Shown here piece after piece: positions 33,766 to 34,359 of a stretch of DNA of 34,359 nt. Made by a program: the position numbers and the translations under genes. This DNA is from Natrialbaceae archaeon (lineage in GTDB: Archaea; Halobacteriota; Halobacteria; Halobacteriales; Natrialbaceae), in NCBI GenBank assembly GCA_003552885.1, contig PUPA01000169.1, positions 1 through 34,359 on the forward strand, given 5' to 3'. The first letter of the stretch is position 1. Every line of letters begins with the position of its first letter. The notes below the pieces were generated by a model. The model had not been told where the DNA came from and did no database searches. It was given only the letters and a program-made list of their open reading frames with translations.

Positions 33766-33889
33766 CTACTCACCTACCGAGAGGGTACCGCACCAACGAT
33801 ATTGATAAACGGCGCCGATTCCCGAGGCGTGAGAAGATCCCTCTATCCTTCGGTGCGTTCGCCGTCGGGGGACACCGCCCCGGTCGGGT

Positions 33890-34359
33890 TCACGCCGAGA
33901 CGTGGCCCTCAGCTTCGAGGAGTTCGTGATACCGGTTGCGGATCGTCACCTCGGAGACGTTCGAGACCTCGCTGACCTGGTTCTGGGTCACCTTCTCGTT
34001 GGTGAGGAGGGCGGCGGCGTAGACGGCGGCGGCGGCCAGCCCGACCGGCGACTTCCCCGAGTGAACCCCCTCCCGCCGGGCGGCCTCGAGCAGCGCCCGG
34101 GCGCGGCGTTCGGTCTCGTCCGAGAGGCCGAGATCGCTGGCAAAACGGGGGACGTAGCTGGCCGGGTCGGCCGGCTTGACCTCCAGTCCCAGCTCGCGGA
34201 CGACGTACCGGTAGGTGCGGGCGATCTCGTCTTTCCCCACCCGGCTGACGGCGGAGATCTCGTCGAGGCTCCGCGGGGTCCCCGCCTGCCGGGCCGCCGC
34301 GTACAGCGACGACGTCGCCACCCCCTCGATCGATCGTCCCGGCAGCAGATCCTCCTCTA
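33890..34359 (-). CDS. tfb: Transcription initiation factor TFB (TFIIB homologue), C-terminal part; the 5' end lies beyond the window
   Basis: The frame stays open to the window edge. It shows cyclin-fold repeats: 'PRSLDEISAVSRVGKDEIARTYRYVVRELGL', 'YVPRFASDLGL' and 'GKSPVGLAAAAVYAAALL....TQNQVSEVSNVSEVTIRNRY'. Confidence 0.9.
   Translation of the reverse strand, partial: EEDLLPGRSIEGVATSSLYAAARQAGTPRSLDEISAVSRVGKDEIARTYRYVVRELGLEVKPADPASYVPRFASDLGLSDETERRARALLEAARREGVHSGKSPVGLAAAAVYAAALLTNEKVTQNQVSEVSNVSEVTIRNRYHELLEAEGHVSA

Overview
This is a very GC-rich chromosomal segment from a haloarchaeon (class Halobacteria). Real genes encode acidic proteins, and the opposite strands carry long Arg/Pro/Gly-rich ORFs that I treat as GC artefacts. 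I support 37 protein genes and 2 tRNAs (Arg-GCG, Asn-GTT). Almost all are housekeeping genes.

Gene content, in order:
- a Bat-type HTH regulator
- an rpa2 / doublet histone / HdaI deacetylase chromatin cluster
- CCA-adding enzyme
- a Bax1 (DUF790) nuclease homologue with two small unknown genes
- an N-glycosylation sugar-activation set (AglF-like, AglM-like, AglJ-like)
- archaeal-type PEP carboxylase and NMN adenylyltransferase
- lonB and a CPBP protease, abutting with no gap
- Ogt, an MFS transporter, a cupin and EPSP synthase
- a wHTH gene plus small membrane gene, divergent from a zinc-ribbon mini-protein
- purine PRTase and phosphoglycerate mutase
- a trpC-trpB-trpA-aldolase operon
- an MGMT-like protein lacking the catalytic cysteine
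- fixABCX and a partial TFB

I see no CRISPR array, transposase, integrase, rRNA or recognisable defence island.

The observations most worth follow-up:
1. Two TGTACA palindromes, identical to the TRP-box consensus of methanogen TrpY, sit on the trpC promoter. They share that intergenic region with the divergently transcribed Cys-less alkyltransferase-fold gene, which could be a repurposed DNA binder or regulator.
2. Imperfect short tandem direct repeats (18-44 bp units, 2-6 copies) are unusually dense in intergenic or promoter DNA. One is a 6-copy array directly upstream of aroA.
3. The bax1 gene has no XPB helicase beside it.
4. A 13-nt copy of the tRNA-Arg 3' end lies 100 bp downstream of the tRNA and brackets two hairpins.

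All product calls rest on motif recognition by eye; I ran no searches. Several start codons were moved inward from the ORF track. In those cases the track start is TTG or GTG, or the N-terminal extension is Arg-rich and overlaps a neighbouring gene.
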